DNA from: an uncultured Parachlamydiaceae bacterium
GTDB lineage: Bacteria; Chlamydiota; Chlamydiia; Chlamydiales; Parachlamydiaceae
DNA length: 64,000 nucleotides
Assembly: GCA_963742415.1 (NCBI GenBank)
Contig: CAVULX010000003.1
Span: forward strand, 1-64,000
Direction of reading: 5' to 3'
Below are positions 10,717-18,983 of the stretch, in pieces. The notes beneath the pieces were generated by a model. It worked only from the letters and a program-made list of their open reading frames with translations. It searched no databases and was not told where the DNA came from. Each line of letters starts with the position of its first letter. The stretch's first letter is position 1. Both the position numbers and the translations under genes were made by a program.

Positions 10717-12510
10717 TCAAAATGGCGTTTTTAATTTTTTTGTTAAAAGCAAATGTGCCCCTTTTTTTGTATTCTTAACGACGCTGACAAAAGGAGCTGT
10801 ACGGCGGTTGTTATCCAGAAGTATAGTGGCATTATGCGTAGGATCGGATAAGATCACTGTAGGCAGGGTGAAAGGACCTTTGAATGACTTCATATAGATG
10901 GCATAAAAATTGTTGCCTTGGGCTCTAAGGAACTGATAATCACCTTCAGTCATCACCCCTTGGGTAGTCATGGGGCCATTCTGAGCGATAAATGATTTTT
11001 CAGAAAGACGTATCTCTTCAACAAAATTCAAGCCCATGTGCGTACTTCCTCCATTCGGATCTTTGACTTCCTGGTAGATCGCAAGCCACGCATCCATTTT
11101 AGTTTTATTTAAATCAGATCGATCATCATTGCGAAAGTCAAAATAGAGCACACCTACACGCCCCTTTTTAGTGACGGCAACAAAGGGAGCAAAAGCTTGA
11201 GGATTTGATGCATTGGCAGGGGTACGATTAATTTGTACAGGCGTTGACCAAGTATGCCCGCCATCACGGGAAGCAACAAGCCCTATTTGCTGCAGTTGGT
11301 CCGATCTAAAAGCGCTGGTTTGATAGACAACGTACAGGAAACCGTTTTTTGGGTTTACATTATAAGAAGGGACGGTTTGATCATTTCGCATGAGAGTTCC
11401 CAAACCACCTGTGATATCTCCATTAATGTCATACGTATAGCCGCCCGTGTAAAGCAAATGATTAACAAAACTCGGTATGACAACTTCCGAATGAGGATCC
11501 CATGTTTTGCCTCGGTTTTTGGAACGTATAGCGACAATATCCGTCAGTGTATATTGAAAGGGAAAAGAATCGTTAGTATACTGAGCATCAGTTGCGCCAG
11601 GCTTTGCGTAGACGCGAACCGTAAAGTTGAGCCAATCGCCATTTACGTTTGGTTTTTTGCTTTTCTTTGGCAAGATGACAACCACATTGTTGCTAGCTTG
11701 ATTGTCATTTTGAATACCATTACTTAAACCTTGCTGCGTAAGATCAGGAAAGGGATCATATACCAGTTGCACCGCTGACCAGCTTTTTCCGCTATTAGTT
11801 GTATAGCTGCTTTGAGCGACACCATGGAATGATGAACTCGGATTAAAGTTGGCCCAGACCGCGATGGCATTATGATGATCGTTTGGATCGGCCGTGATGG
11901 AGGTTTTGTCAGAATTGGCAAATTGTTTTGTGGGTTCGTTTAGATAATTCATGCTAGAAAATAAATAGCGGGGCTCACTCCAGGTTTCTCCATTGTCCTC
12001 AGAAATCGTGACGACAACTCCGAACTGATTTTCTGTATTTGGTTCTTGGGTTGCATTGAGAACAGCAGCGCATAAATAGACTTTCCTCCCATCGGAAGAA
12101 TAACTTAGCCACTCATCCCCTGATCGTTGATTTATTCCCCCTTTACATATTTGAAAAGGGATGCTGCTTTTATGCCAATGCCTGCCGCCATCTTTGGAAT
12201 AAGCAACTCCCGCTTGAAGGGCTCCCCCATTAGAGATCCGATCTTGTTGCCAGACAGCGACCATCCGTTTTTTATTCATTGGATTGACGGCAATGGTCGG
12301 TTCAACAGAAGATCCGTGAAAAATTGTGGTGGTTGTATTAAATACTTCTTGCCGATCGAGACACTCAGGTGAAAGGATATTCCCAAAGGCCTCTAAAGGC
12401 TCTTTTATGCTTATCGCGGCGAAAAAGATAAAGCAAGCAAGGAAAAACAGGATTTTGATAAAAACCTGATTGCTCCTTGACGCAGGGCTTCTCATCATTT
12501 CTCTCATCAA
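10717..12510 (-). CDS. Sialidase-family (BNR/Asp-box) exported protein
   Basis: Asp boxes SKDGGRHW, SEDNGETW, TTNSGKSW, SKNRGKTW, SRDGGHTW; EPTIAVNP; GDY; N-terminal hydrophobic segment. Confidence 0.75.
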   Translation of the reverse strand: MMREMMRSPASRSNQVFIKILFFLACFIFFAAISIKEPLEAFGNILSPECLDRQEVFNTTTTIFHGSSVEPTIAVNPMNKKRMVAVWQQDRISNGGALQAGVAYSKDGGRHWHKSSIPFQICKGGINQRSGDEWLSYSSDGRKVYLCAAVLNATQEPNTENQFGVVVTISEDNGETWSEPRYLFSSMNYLNEPTKQFANSDKTSITADPNDHHNAIAVWANFNPSSSFHGVAQSSYTTNSGKSWSAVQLVYDPFPDLTQQGLSNGIQNDNQASNNVVVILPKKSKKPNVNGDWLNFTVRVYAKPGATDAQYTNDSFPFQYTLTDIVAIRSKNRGKTWDPHSEVVIPSFVNHLLYTGGYTYDINGDITGGLGTLMRNDQTVPSYNVNPKNGFLYVVYQTSAFRSDQLQQIGLVASRDGGHTWSTPVQINRTPANASNPQAFAPFVAVTKKGRVGVLYFDFRNDDRSDLNKTKMDAWLAIYQEVKDPNGGSTHMGLNFVEEIRLSEKSFIAQNGPMTTQGVMTEGDYQFLRAQGNNFYAIYMKSFKGPFTLPTVILSDPTHNATILLDNNRRTAPFVSVVKNTKKGAHLLLTKKLKTPF

Positions 12511-12626
12511 TCATCACCTTTTCTAAACGAGGTTTGCTGCTGCAAAAAAAACATGATAGAAAAATTTTTCATTTTATCACAGTCGAAAGTTTGCGCGCCT
12601 CACCAGTTCCGCTCGTGACATCTGCA

Positions 12627-13418
12627 TCAAGAATAGTAGTAATCGATCTCCTCATTTTTCTTGGCACCGATAACCCTCCAATTCAAACGAAGGCTATGTT
12701 GGTCAAAGCGAATCTGTCCAAAATAAATATCCCCTTCACAAAGATGTGAATCGACTGATGATAGGAGGTGTTTACCGGCAGGAGCAAGATGAAAAAGAAA
12801 AACGGGATGATCTGGGCCTCGGCGTAAGTGCTCCAAAGAAATCACACCCGCATTGCGATCCAAATTCCATCTGAATATATTGCTAAAGCTGACTTCCGCT
12901 CCTTGTTTGCTTTGCCAAGTCCCCTTTTCAGTGAAAACTAAGGTATTGGCATTTTCCTTCGTCACAACTACCTCGCCTTGACCCTTGCCGTTCCATCCCG
13001 TTTCTTTTGATTTTGTCTTTGCATGGAAAGTAAGCTGGGTAACTCCCATAAGCCTTTGCCAGAGAGTAGAAAGAACTTGAGCTTTATTTTCCGAATTGAT
13101 CGGTTCCTCTTTTACGACATAGTATGCTTTCTTTTTATGAGCCGGAAGTAGTGTGTAAGCTTTTTTGAGCAGCTGTTCTAATTCATTTATTAGTGGGTAG
13201 GCTGGATTGAACTGATAAAGCCGCGTCTTTCCTTCATAGTAGCTTGTGATGAGGCCTCCCTTTTCTAAGCGGGACAGAGCTTTTTGAAGGGGGGTGAGCG
13301 GGGTATCAAGCGATCGATGGAGTTGGGTGCCATAGCATTTTCCATTAACAAACAGGAAGATGAGAATTTTTTGCACATTTTTGTTACCACATAAGGCTTC
13401 AAGCATAAAAAAAATCAA
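12627..13418 (-). CDS. Winged-HTH protein fused to a DUF6314-like beta-barrel; putative regulator
   Basis: N-terminal wHTH (LQKALSRLEKGGLI...GKTRLYQFNP); C-terminal G.G.V, F.E.G, F.HL, HLCEGDIY, WRV.G.KK pattern. Confidence 0.7.
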   Translation of the reverse strand: MIFFMLEALCGNKNVQKILIFLFVNGKCYGTQLHRSLDTPLTPLQKALSRLEKGGLITSYYEGKTRLYQFNPAYPLINELEQLLKKAYTLLPAHKKKAYYVVKEEPINSENKAQVLSTLWQRLMGVTQLTFHAKTKSKETGWNGKGQGEVVVTKENANTLVFTEKGTWQSKQGAEVSFSNIFRWNLDRNAGVISLEHLRRGPDHPVFLFHLAPAGKHLLSSVDSHLCEGDIYFGQIRFDQHSLRLNWRVIGAKKNEEIDYYYS

Positions 13419-13436
13419 ACCTCGTTTAAAGCTTTC

Positions 13437-13557
13437 TAAACTACTTTTTAGTTTTAACCTGAGTTTTTAGAGAACAGGGCTAAAATCCCGAGAAAATCTC
13501 TCAAGAAACCTTCTTATAAACCCATTTTGATTTTTTATAAACTACTTTTGAGTTTTA
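13437..13557. promoter_or_regulatory. Two copies of a 20-bp quasi-palindromic operator-like site in the divergent regulator/bioB intergenic region
   Basis: TAAACTACTTTTTAGTTTTA (13437-13456) and TAAACTACTTTTGAGTTTTA (13538-13557); 19/20 identical, AAACT-N7-AGTTT symmetry. Confidence 0.6.
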
Positions 13558-13656
13558 GAGGATCGATACACAAGCAATTTTTCATTGAAACAGCCAAAAA
13601 ATCAGACTAAAATTCCCATTTCGAAGACAAAATGGCTTAAAAATGGGGAGATTACA

Positions 13657-14628
13657 ATGTCTATCAGATATGACTGGGCACTGGATGAGTTAAAAGAAAT
13701 CTATGCATTACCCCTCATGGAACTCATTTCAAAGTCCAATCGCTTTCACAACCAATTTCATCAGCCGGCAGAAGTCCAAGTTTGTAGCCTGATTTCCATT
13801 AAAACGGGAGGATGCCCCGAGGACTGTAAATATTGCGCTCAATCGTCTCGATATCAGACCTCTATTAGTGCGCAATCCATGATGAAATATGAAGCGGTCT
13901 TAAGCGAAGCAAAAAAGGCCATTGAGCGGGGCGCAACCCGAATTTGCTTGGGAGCTGCCTGGAGGGAGGTGCGGGATGGCAAGCAATTCGAAGGAGTTCT
14001 CAAAATGGTCAAAGGAATCATCGATTTGGGTGTGGAAGTATGCTGCACTTTAGGGATGGTAAAAGAAACTCAGGCTCAAAGACTTAAAGAAGCTGGCCTT
14101 TATGCCTATAACCATAACCTCGATTCTTCTGAAAGATTTTATCGAACGATCATTACAACCAGAACTTACCAAGATAGATTAGATACATTAGATGTCGTTG
14201 AAAAGGCCAATTTGAGTGTCTGCTGCGGCGGCATCCTAGGGATGGGGGAAGATCCCATAGACCGGCTGGAACTCCTACTAACTTTATGTAGGAGAAATCC
14301 CCACCCCGAATCTGTCCCGATAAATCGATTAAGTCAAATTCCAGGTACGCCGCTAGAAAAGCAACCGAAGGTCTCCATTTGGGAAATGATCCGAATCATT
14401 GCTGTAGCACGAATTGTTTTGCCTGAGGCAATGGTCAGGTTATCTTGCGGACGGATTGAGATGTCTTATGAGCAGCAAGCGTTATGTTTTCTAGCCGGAG
14501 CGAATTCGATATTTGCTGGAGAAAAACTTTTGACAGTCGCAAATACCCCTGTCGACAAAGACGAGGAGATGTTTCAGCTCCTGGGCCTTAAGAAACGACC
14601 CCCATTTGCTAAGGGTTCCGCGCCATGA
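13657..14628 (+). CDS. bioB: Biotin synthase
   Basis: CPEDCKYCAQS radical-SAM motif, YNHNLD, PESVPIN, GANSIF.GEKLLT; start at MSIRYDW with GGGGAG RBS. Confidence 0.97.
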   Translation: MSIRYDWALDELKEIYALPLMELISKSNRFHNQFHQPAEVQVCSLISIKTGGCPEDCKYCAQSSRYQTSISAQSMMKYEAVLSEAKKAIERGATRICLGAAWREVRDGKQFEGVLKMVKGIIDLGVEVCCTLGMVKETQAQRLKEAGLYAYNHNLDSSERFYRTIITTRTYQDRLDTLDVVEKANLSVCCGGILGMGEDPIDRLELLLTLCRRNPHPESVPINRLSQIPGTPLEKQPKVSIWEMIRIIAVARIVLPEAMVRLSCGRIEMSYEQQALCFLAGANSIFAGEKLLTVANTPVDKDEEMFQLLGLKKRPPFAKGSAP

Positions 14629-14750
14629 GATCACATCTTGAAGCCAAAATTGAGTCCTGCACAAGAGTTGAACGTGACCAACTTTGCCGCTTTTTCGGCA
14701 TCTGCTTCATCTATGATCAAATTATTTTTACTATTAAAGGGGACCTATGA
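14625..14750 (+). pseudogene. 41-codon bridging ORF, probable fused remnant of deleted bio genes (bioF start plus bioA end)
   Basis: MRSHLEAKIESCTRVERDQLCRFFGICFIYDQIIFTIKGDL*; ATGA overlaps with both bioB and the next gene. Confidence 0.5.
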
Positions 14751-15388
14751 CCGCATTTGTTTCTTTTGCAAAACAGACCCACCACCTCCTGACGACCATT
14801 GTGGCTTCCCATGATTTACACGCCAAGTGGCTTAATACCCTTTCATTCCTTGAAAACTGTGGAGCTAGAAAAATTGCCGCCTGCGAGCATCCGACATTAG
14901 TCAAAGAAGAAATGCTTAAACATGCAGCAGAAGAATTTCGCCATGCTCATCATTTAAAATGTCAAATCGAAAGGGTTTCACCCAACCCCATGGACACTTA
15001 CTCTCTTTCCTATATGCTCGGAGAAACCGCTACCCTGCACTATTTGACATCCTTAGACGTAAAAGCCATCCGCTATCTCAGGGAGTTGGGTCTATCTAAA
15101 AACTCGATAAAAGAAGCCGCCTACTTGCTTGTCACCTATGCCATTGAACTTCGCGCGGAAGAACTATATCCTGTTTATGATGAAGTTCTTCGCAAGGCGG
15201 GCTCTCGCGTCGCTATTAAATCGATCTTATTGGAAGAAAAAGAACATCTTGCTGAAATGAAGGAGGGGCTTCTAAAGCTTCCGTCAGGATTTATACACGC
15301 AGATCGTGTGTGTGCAATAGAAAGCAATCTATGTAAGACTTGGTTAGATCGCGTTGCAAGAAGCATTAGGTCCGGCTGCTCATTTTGA
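14747..15388 (+). CDS. bioE: Ferritin-like diiron protein, probable BioE-type pimeloyl-generating oxygenase
   Basis: WLNTLSFLENCGARKI, EEFRH, IELRA and EEKEH diiron ligand pattern; coupled to the biotin operon. Confidence 0.65.
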   Translation: MTAFVSFAKQTHHLLTTIVASHDLHAKWLNTLSFLENCGARKIAACEHPTLVKEEMLKHAAEEFRHAHHLKCQIERVSPNPMDTYSLSYMLGETATLHYLTSLDVKAIRYLRELGLSKNSIKEAAYLLVTYAIELRAEELYPVYDEVLRKAGSRVAIKSILLEEKEHLAEMKEGLLKLPSGFIHADRVCAIESNLCKTWLDRVARSIRSGCSF

Positions 15389-15426
15389 ACGATTTTTAAC
15401 TTGATTTTTTTGGTAAAATATTCAAG

Positions 15427-15457
15427 AATAGGTTTACAGAATAGAAATAGGTTTACA
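15427..15457 (+). promoter_or_regulatory. 12-bp direct repeat, candidate TA autoregulatory operator
   Basis: AATAGGTTTACA at 15427-15438 and 15446-15457, directly before the ATG at 15460. Confidence 0.45.
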
Positions 15458-15459
15458 AT

Positions 15460-15694
15460 ATGGCAAAACCGTTAGAGGAAAGGAAATACACAGCCTATTT
15501 GAGATTGGTCGGATGGCGCTTAGAAACAAGGTGGCATTGATTATAACCTTTACGATGAAAACCAACATTATTTGTGTTCCATTAAAGTAATCCATAGTAA
15601 AGGGAAAAAACGAGAGGTTTCGGCCTCAAGTATACGTAAAACAGACAAGGAATTTAAAGAGAGAGGATGGTCATGGCCTCCAAAAAAGAAATAA
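15460..15694 (+). pseudogene. HicA-like toxin with one extra base (frameshift or read error)
   Basis: Removing one base near 15527 gives MAKPLEERKYTAYLRLVGWRLEKGGIDYNLYDENQHYLCSIKVIHSKGKKREVSASSIRKTDKEFKERGWSWPPKKK*; overlaps the antitoxin start. Confidence 0.5.
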
Positions 15695-16074
15695 AAGATC
15701 ATTTAGAAACTGCCCTTAAAGAAATTGGAGAGATCAAGCCTTGGTTTGATAAAGAAGTAAATGAATGGGTTTTCAATCATCCCAACTATCCTGTTGAATA
15801 TGGTGGGGAATCCCTGGATGAAGTAATCGAGAATTATCCTAAATATTTGCAGGAATTCATCAAGCATCGTTTAGAAGAAAGATTGAATCCCCTTACAGAA
15901 AAGAAGACTAAGGGGCATGGGGGTAAAAGAAAAGGAGCGGGAAGACCCAAAGGCTCTGTAAAAGAAACTACACAACGCATTAGCCTTCCTAGTGATTTAG
16001 CCACGTGGTTTAAAAATAATCCTCAAGCCATTGATTTGGCTCGGAAGTTGATGTATCGGCGCGCAAACTTTTGA
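15667..16074 (+). CDS. HicB-like antitoxin with basic GGKRKGAGRPKG and RHH-like tail
   Basis: YGGESLDEVIENY resembles the HicB G.T..EA..N motif; sits downstream of a small basic ORF. Confidence 0.55.
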   Translation: MVMASKKEIKDHLETALKEIGEIKPWFDKEVNEWVFNHPNYPVEYGGESLDEVIENYPKYLQEFIKHRLEERLNPLTEKKTKGHGGKRKGAGRPKGSVKETTQRISLPSDLATWFKNNPQAIDLARKLMYRRANF

Positions 16075-16090
16075 AGGAGCTTTTCAAAAA

Positions 16091-17062
16091 ATGAAAATAA
16101 AAATATTTTCTTTGCATCCTTATGAAATTTCTCTAACGCATGGACAGATGCGTAGTGGAATTTTCATCCACATAACAGATCAGCTGGGAAATGTAGGATG
16201 GGGAGAAGTAGCTCCCCTTCCAAAATGGAGCCGTGAGACATTAGACGATTCCTTGAAGCAACTAAATGAAAAGCGGCAAGAGATAATGATGATCGATTGG
16301 ACTGCTCATCGTTTAAAAGAAATTGAAAAGCTCAATCTTTTGCCTTCTGTATTATTTGGATTAGAATCTGCCCTTTTGTCAATCCTCACTCCTATTCCAG
16401 AGCATACCGTCCCAACAAGCGCTCTGTTGATGGGCTCTCCAAAGGAAATTATGCAGCAAGCCGAACTTAGACATCCTGAAGGCCATACTTCTGCTAAGCT
16501 CAAAGTAAACCATCTAAGCTTCGAAGACGCTGCACAGATTATCGATCAATTGAAAGACAAATTCCGTTTGCGAATTGATGTCAACCGAGCCTGGAAAACC
16601 TCTGAATCTCTATCCTTTTTTGAACAGTTCCCTTTAGATACATTTGATTATGTGGAGGAACCTTTTCAAAATCCCAACGACCTAATTCTATTTCCTCATC
16701 CTCTTGCAGTAGATGAATCTTTTCCCCAAGATCTATCTTTGGAACAGTTGGAATCTTTCCCAACACTAAAGGCCCTTATTTATAAGCCAACAATCCAGGG
16801 TGGATTGCTAGGCTGTCTACCATTACGTGAATGGACAGAGAAGCGAGGAATAGAACTCGTTTTAAGCAGCAGCTTTGAAAGCGATCTTGGACTTGCGCAC
16901 GTCGCATCAATCGCACACCGATTATCGCTGTTATCCCCTGTTGGTATAGGAACATATTATTACCTCAACAATCATGTCTGCACTCCCCCTTTGCAGTTTT
17001 CTCGCTCCTTTGTACATATTCCAGCGCAAGTCAAACCTAAAATAAAATATGAAATTGACTGA
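16091..17062 (+). CDS. menC: o-Succinylbenzoate synthase
   Basis: GWGEVAPLP, KLKV, LRIDVNRAW, YVEEP, AVDES, KPT, VLSSSFES.LGL. Confidence 0.9.
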   Translation: MKIKIFSLHPYEISLTHGQMRSGIFIHITDQLGNVGWGEVAPLPKWSRETLDDSLKQLNEKRQEIMMIDWTAHRLKEIEKLNLLPSVLFGLESALLSILTPIPEHTVPTSALLMGSPKEIMQQAELRHPEGHTSAKLKVNHLSFEDAAQIIDQLKDKFRLRIDVNRAWKTSESLSFFEQFPLDTFDYVEEPFQNPNDLILFPHPLAVDESFPQDLSLEQLESFPTLKALIYKPTIQGGLLGCLPLREWTEKRGIELVLSSSFESDLGLAHVASIAHRLSLLSPVGIGTYYYLNNHVCTPPLQFSRSFVHIPAQVKPKIKYEID

Positions 17063-17109
17063 TCTGTCAGTTTCTGTTATCATTTTTCCGTTTGACACCA
17101 CAGGTATAT

Positions 17110-17799
17110 ATGAGAGCAAAACTTTATCGTGAACACAAGTATGTGAGCTTTGCATTAAACGAACTGGAAAGACTTATTGCCAAAACAGATTTTACGAATG
17201 ATACAGCGCTTAAACATATTCAAGAGGAATGGCACCCCATCAAGGAGATGCTAAAGGCTCATGCGCAACATGAGGAGCAAAATTTCCATGCTCTTTTAGA
17301 AAAGAAAGGATCCGCCATTCATCGTGAAGCACACAATGACCATGAGCACCAAGAAGAAACATTAGAAAAACTGCAAGATCTTCTGGATGCCATCAAGACA
17401 AGCCCTAATCGTGAAGAGGGGGGGTACCAATTTTATCTTGCCTATCGCAAATTCGTAGGTGATAACTTGCTGCATCTTCACGAAGAAGAGACGAAACTCC
17501 TTCCGGAATTACAAAGACTTTGTACAGACGAAGAATTACGCGCCATTGAACATCCTATCTATGATCTGATGACAGTTGAGCAGATGGTAGAGATGGTGCA
17601 GGTTCTTTTCCCTCACATGAATTTTTCTGATAAATGCGCCTTTCTGACAGATATAAAGCTAGCGCAACCAAAAAAATTTCTAAAGCTCTGGGATAATGCA
17701 AGCCTCTTTCTCAGCGCTGAAGAAATTCAAAGGCTTCTCAGCTGCCATATTATTAAGCTTTCGGGATGGGCTGATTGTGAGGAACGAGCTGTTTTATGA
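17110..17799 (+). CDS. Hemerythrin/HHE-domain protein
   Basis: REHK, HAQHEE, DHEHQE and HLHEEE..LLP motifs. Confidence 0.75.
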   Translation: MRAKLYREHKYVSFALNELERLIAKTDFTNDTALKHIQEEWHPIKEMLKAHAQHEEQNFHALLEKKGSAIHREAHNDHEHQEETLEKLQDLLDAIKTSPNREEGGYQFYLAYRKFVGDNLLHLHEEETKLLPELQRLCTDEELRAIEHPIYDLMTVEQMVEMVQVLFPHMNFSDKCAFLTDIKLAQPKKFLKLWDNASLFLSAEEIQRLLSCHIIKLSGWADCEERAVL

Positions 17800-17920
17800 T
17801 GGTAGTCGTTTCATAGAAAAGAGAGAGGAGATTTCACGTAAATTTGAATTTAACTGATAGCTGAATAGTGTAATACAGGTGCCCATTGGCTATAACCGTG
17901 CACCTGTGTTTCATCATTAA

Positions 17921-18081
17921 CTCACCTTACGCAAAAAGTGCAAAACGAAGAAGCGAGAGATTTTGAAAAATCAATTAATTCAAAAAGCGGAGCAATATTT
18001 TACTAATATTGCGAGCATTTTTGAAGTTAATTGAGATTCAAAAGATCCGCTTATTCGTCTGCACCTTTTGCGTAAGGTGAG
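17921..18081. mobile_element. Palindromic MITE-like element with target-site duplication
   Basis: Ends CTCACCTTACGCAAAAAGTGCA / TGCACCTTTTGCGTAAGGTGAG, imperfect foldback over the whole length, flanked by TCATTAA at 17914-17920 and 18082-18088. Confidence 0.8.
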
Positions 18082-18132
18082 TCATTAACCTGAAAGGCTC
18101 ATTTCCCACTTTTAATTCATTTAGAACAATAT

Positions 18133-18546
18133 TTATATTGCAATATAGGTATCTGCATTTTTCATGTTAACTTTTTCCATTCCCTGGGCAAATTGCGCAG
18201 CGATGGTTAGTAACGCTATAACAGCATAGGATCGCACATACATCACCTTGCCCATTGTACAAGCAACAGCTGATGTAATAATGCTAACTCTAGCAATGAA
18301 TTGCAGCTTCGATTCTATGTTAGAGTTCCAAATGTCTTTAAAAATTGGCTTTGTCACGTTTAAGACTAGCGAGCAAGTAGCAGCTATTATCCCGCTTTCC
18401 AGTGCATATTGAGGATTTTGTGTAAGTAATAAACTCACTCCGAATGATACGACAAAGCTCTTTCCAGCAGCTTGAATCGTCTCATTTGGTATTGCATCGT
18501 AATATTGATCAGCTTTTGCGCGTATATTATTAAGGTATGTAGACAT
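18133..18546 (-). CDS. Hypothetical small membrane protein
   Basis: 137 aa, paired hydrophobic segments, GGAGAG RBS. Confidence 0.65.
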   Translation of the reverse strand: MSTYLNNIRAKADQYYDAIPNETIQAAGKSFVVSFGVSLLLTQNPQYALESGIIAATCSLVLNVTKPIFKDIWNSNIESKLQFIARVSIITSAVACTMGKVMYVRSYAVIALLTIAAQFAQGMEKVNMKNADTYIAI

Positions 18547-18911
18547 ATTATATTCTCTCCAACTTGTTAGAAGTTTAAGTATTGGAATCGTAAATAAATT
18601 ATGTTAAATAGGCATTAAGGAAATGTTTAAGTTGAATTAATTTTCCATTCTAATATTTTCATGATTAACCGAGTTAAAGTGTTGAAGGTTTGCAGAGGGA
18701 CAAATTTATTGCATCTGCTAACGACATCTTTCTGCCATTAATATTCAAATTTTTAATTGATTTATTTAAAAGTTGCATTGTTTTCAGTAATTAAAATTTT
18801 AATGTTAGTAATAACGGGGCTTTATGAACTCATAAATGCCGCTTTAATTGCTGACAACACACTGATTCAAATCCGATCCTCAGCTTTAATTGCTTTTGGA
18901 CAATAAAAAGC

Positions 18912-18967
18912 TTGAAAAAAGCAAAACAAAGCATTATCTTCAAGTTGTGACGAAATTTTCGTCACAA
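18912..18967 (+). promoter_or_regulatory. Sigma70-like promoter followed by a perfect palindrome
   Basis: TTGAAA-17bp-TATCTT (18912-18940), then TTGTGACGAAA-T-TTTCGTCACAA (18945-18967). Confidence 0.55.
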
Positions 18968-18983
18968 TAAGAAGGTTTATATC

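Noticed and set aside
11254-12372. Plus-strand ORFs inside the sialidase-like gene, and similar short overlapping ORFs across the window
   Set aside because: Antisense or alternate-frame shadows of recognisable genes.
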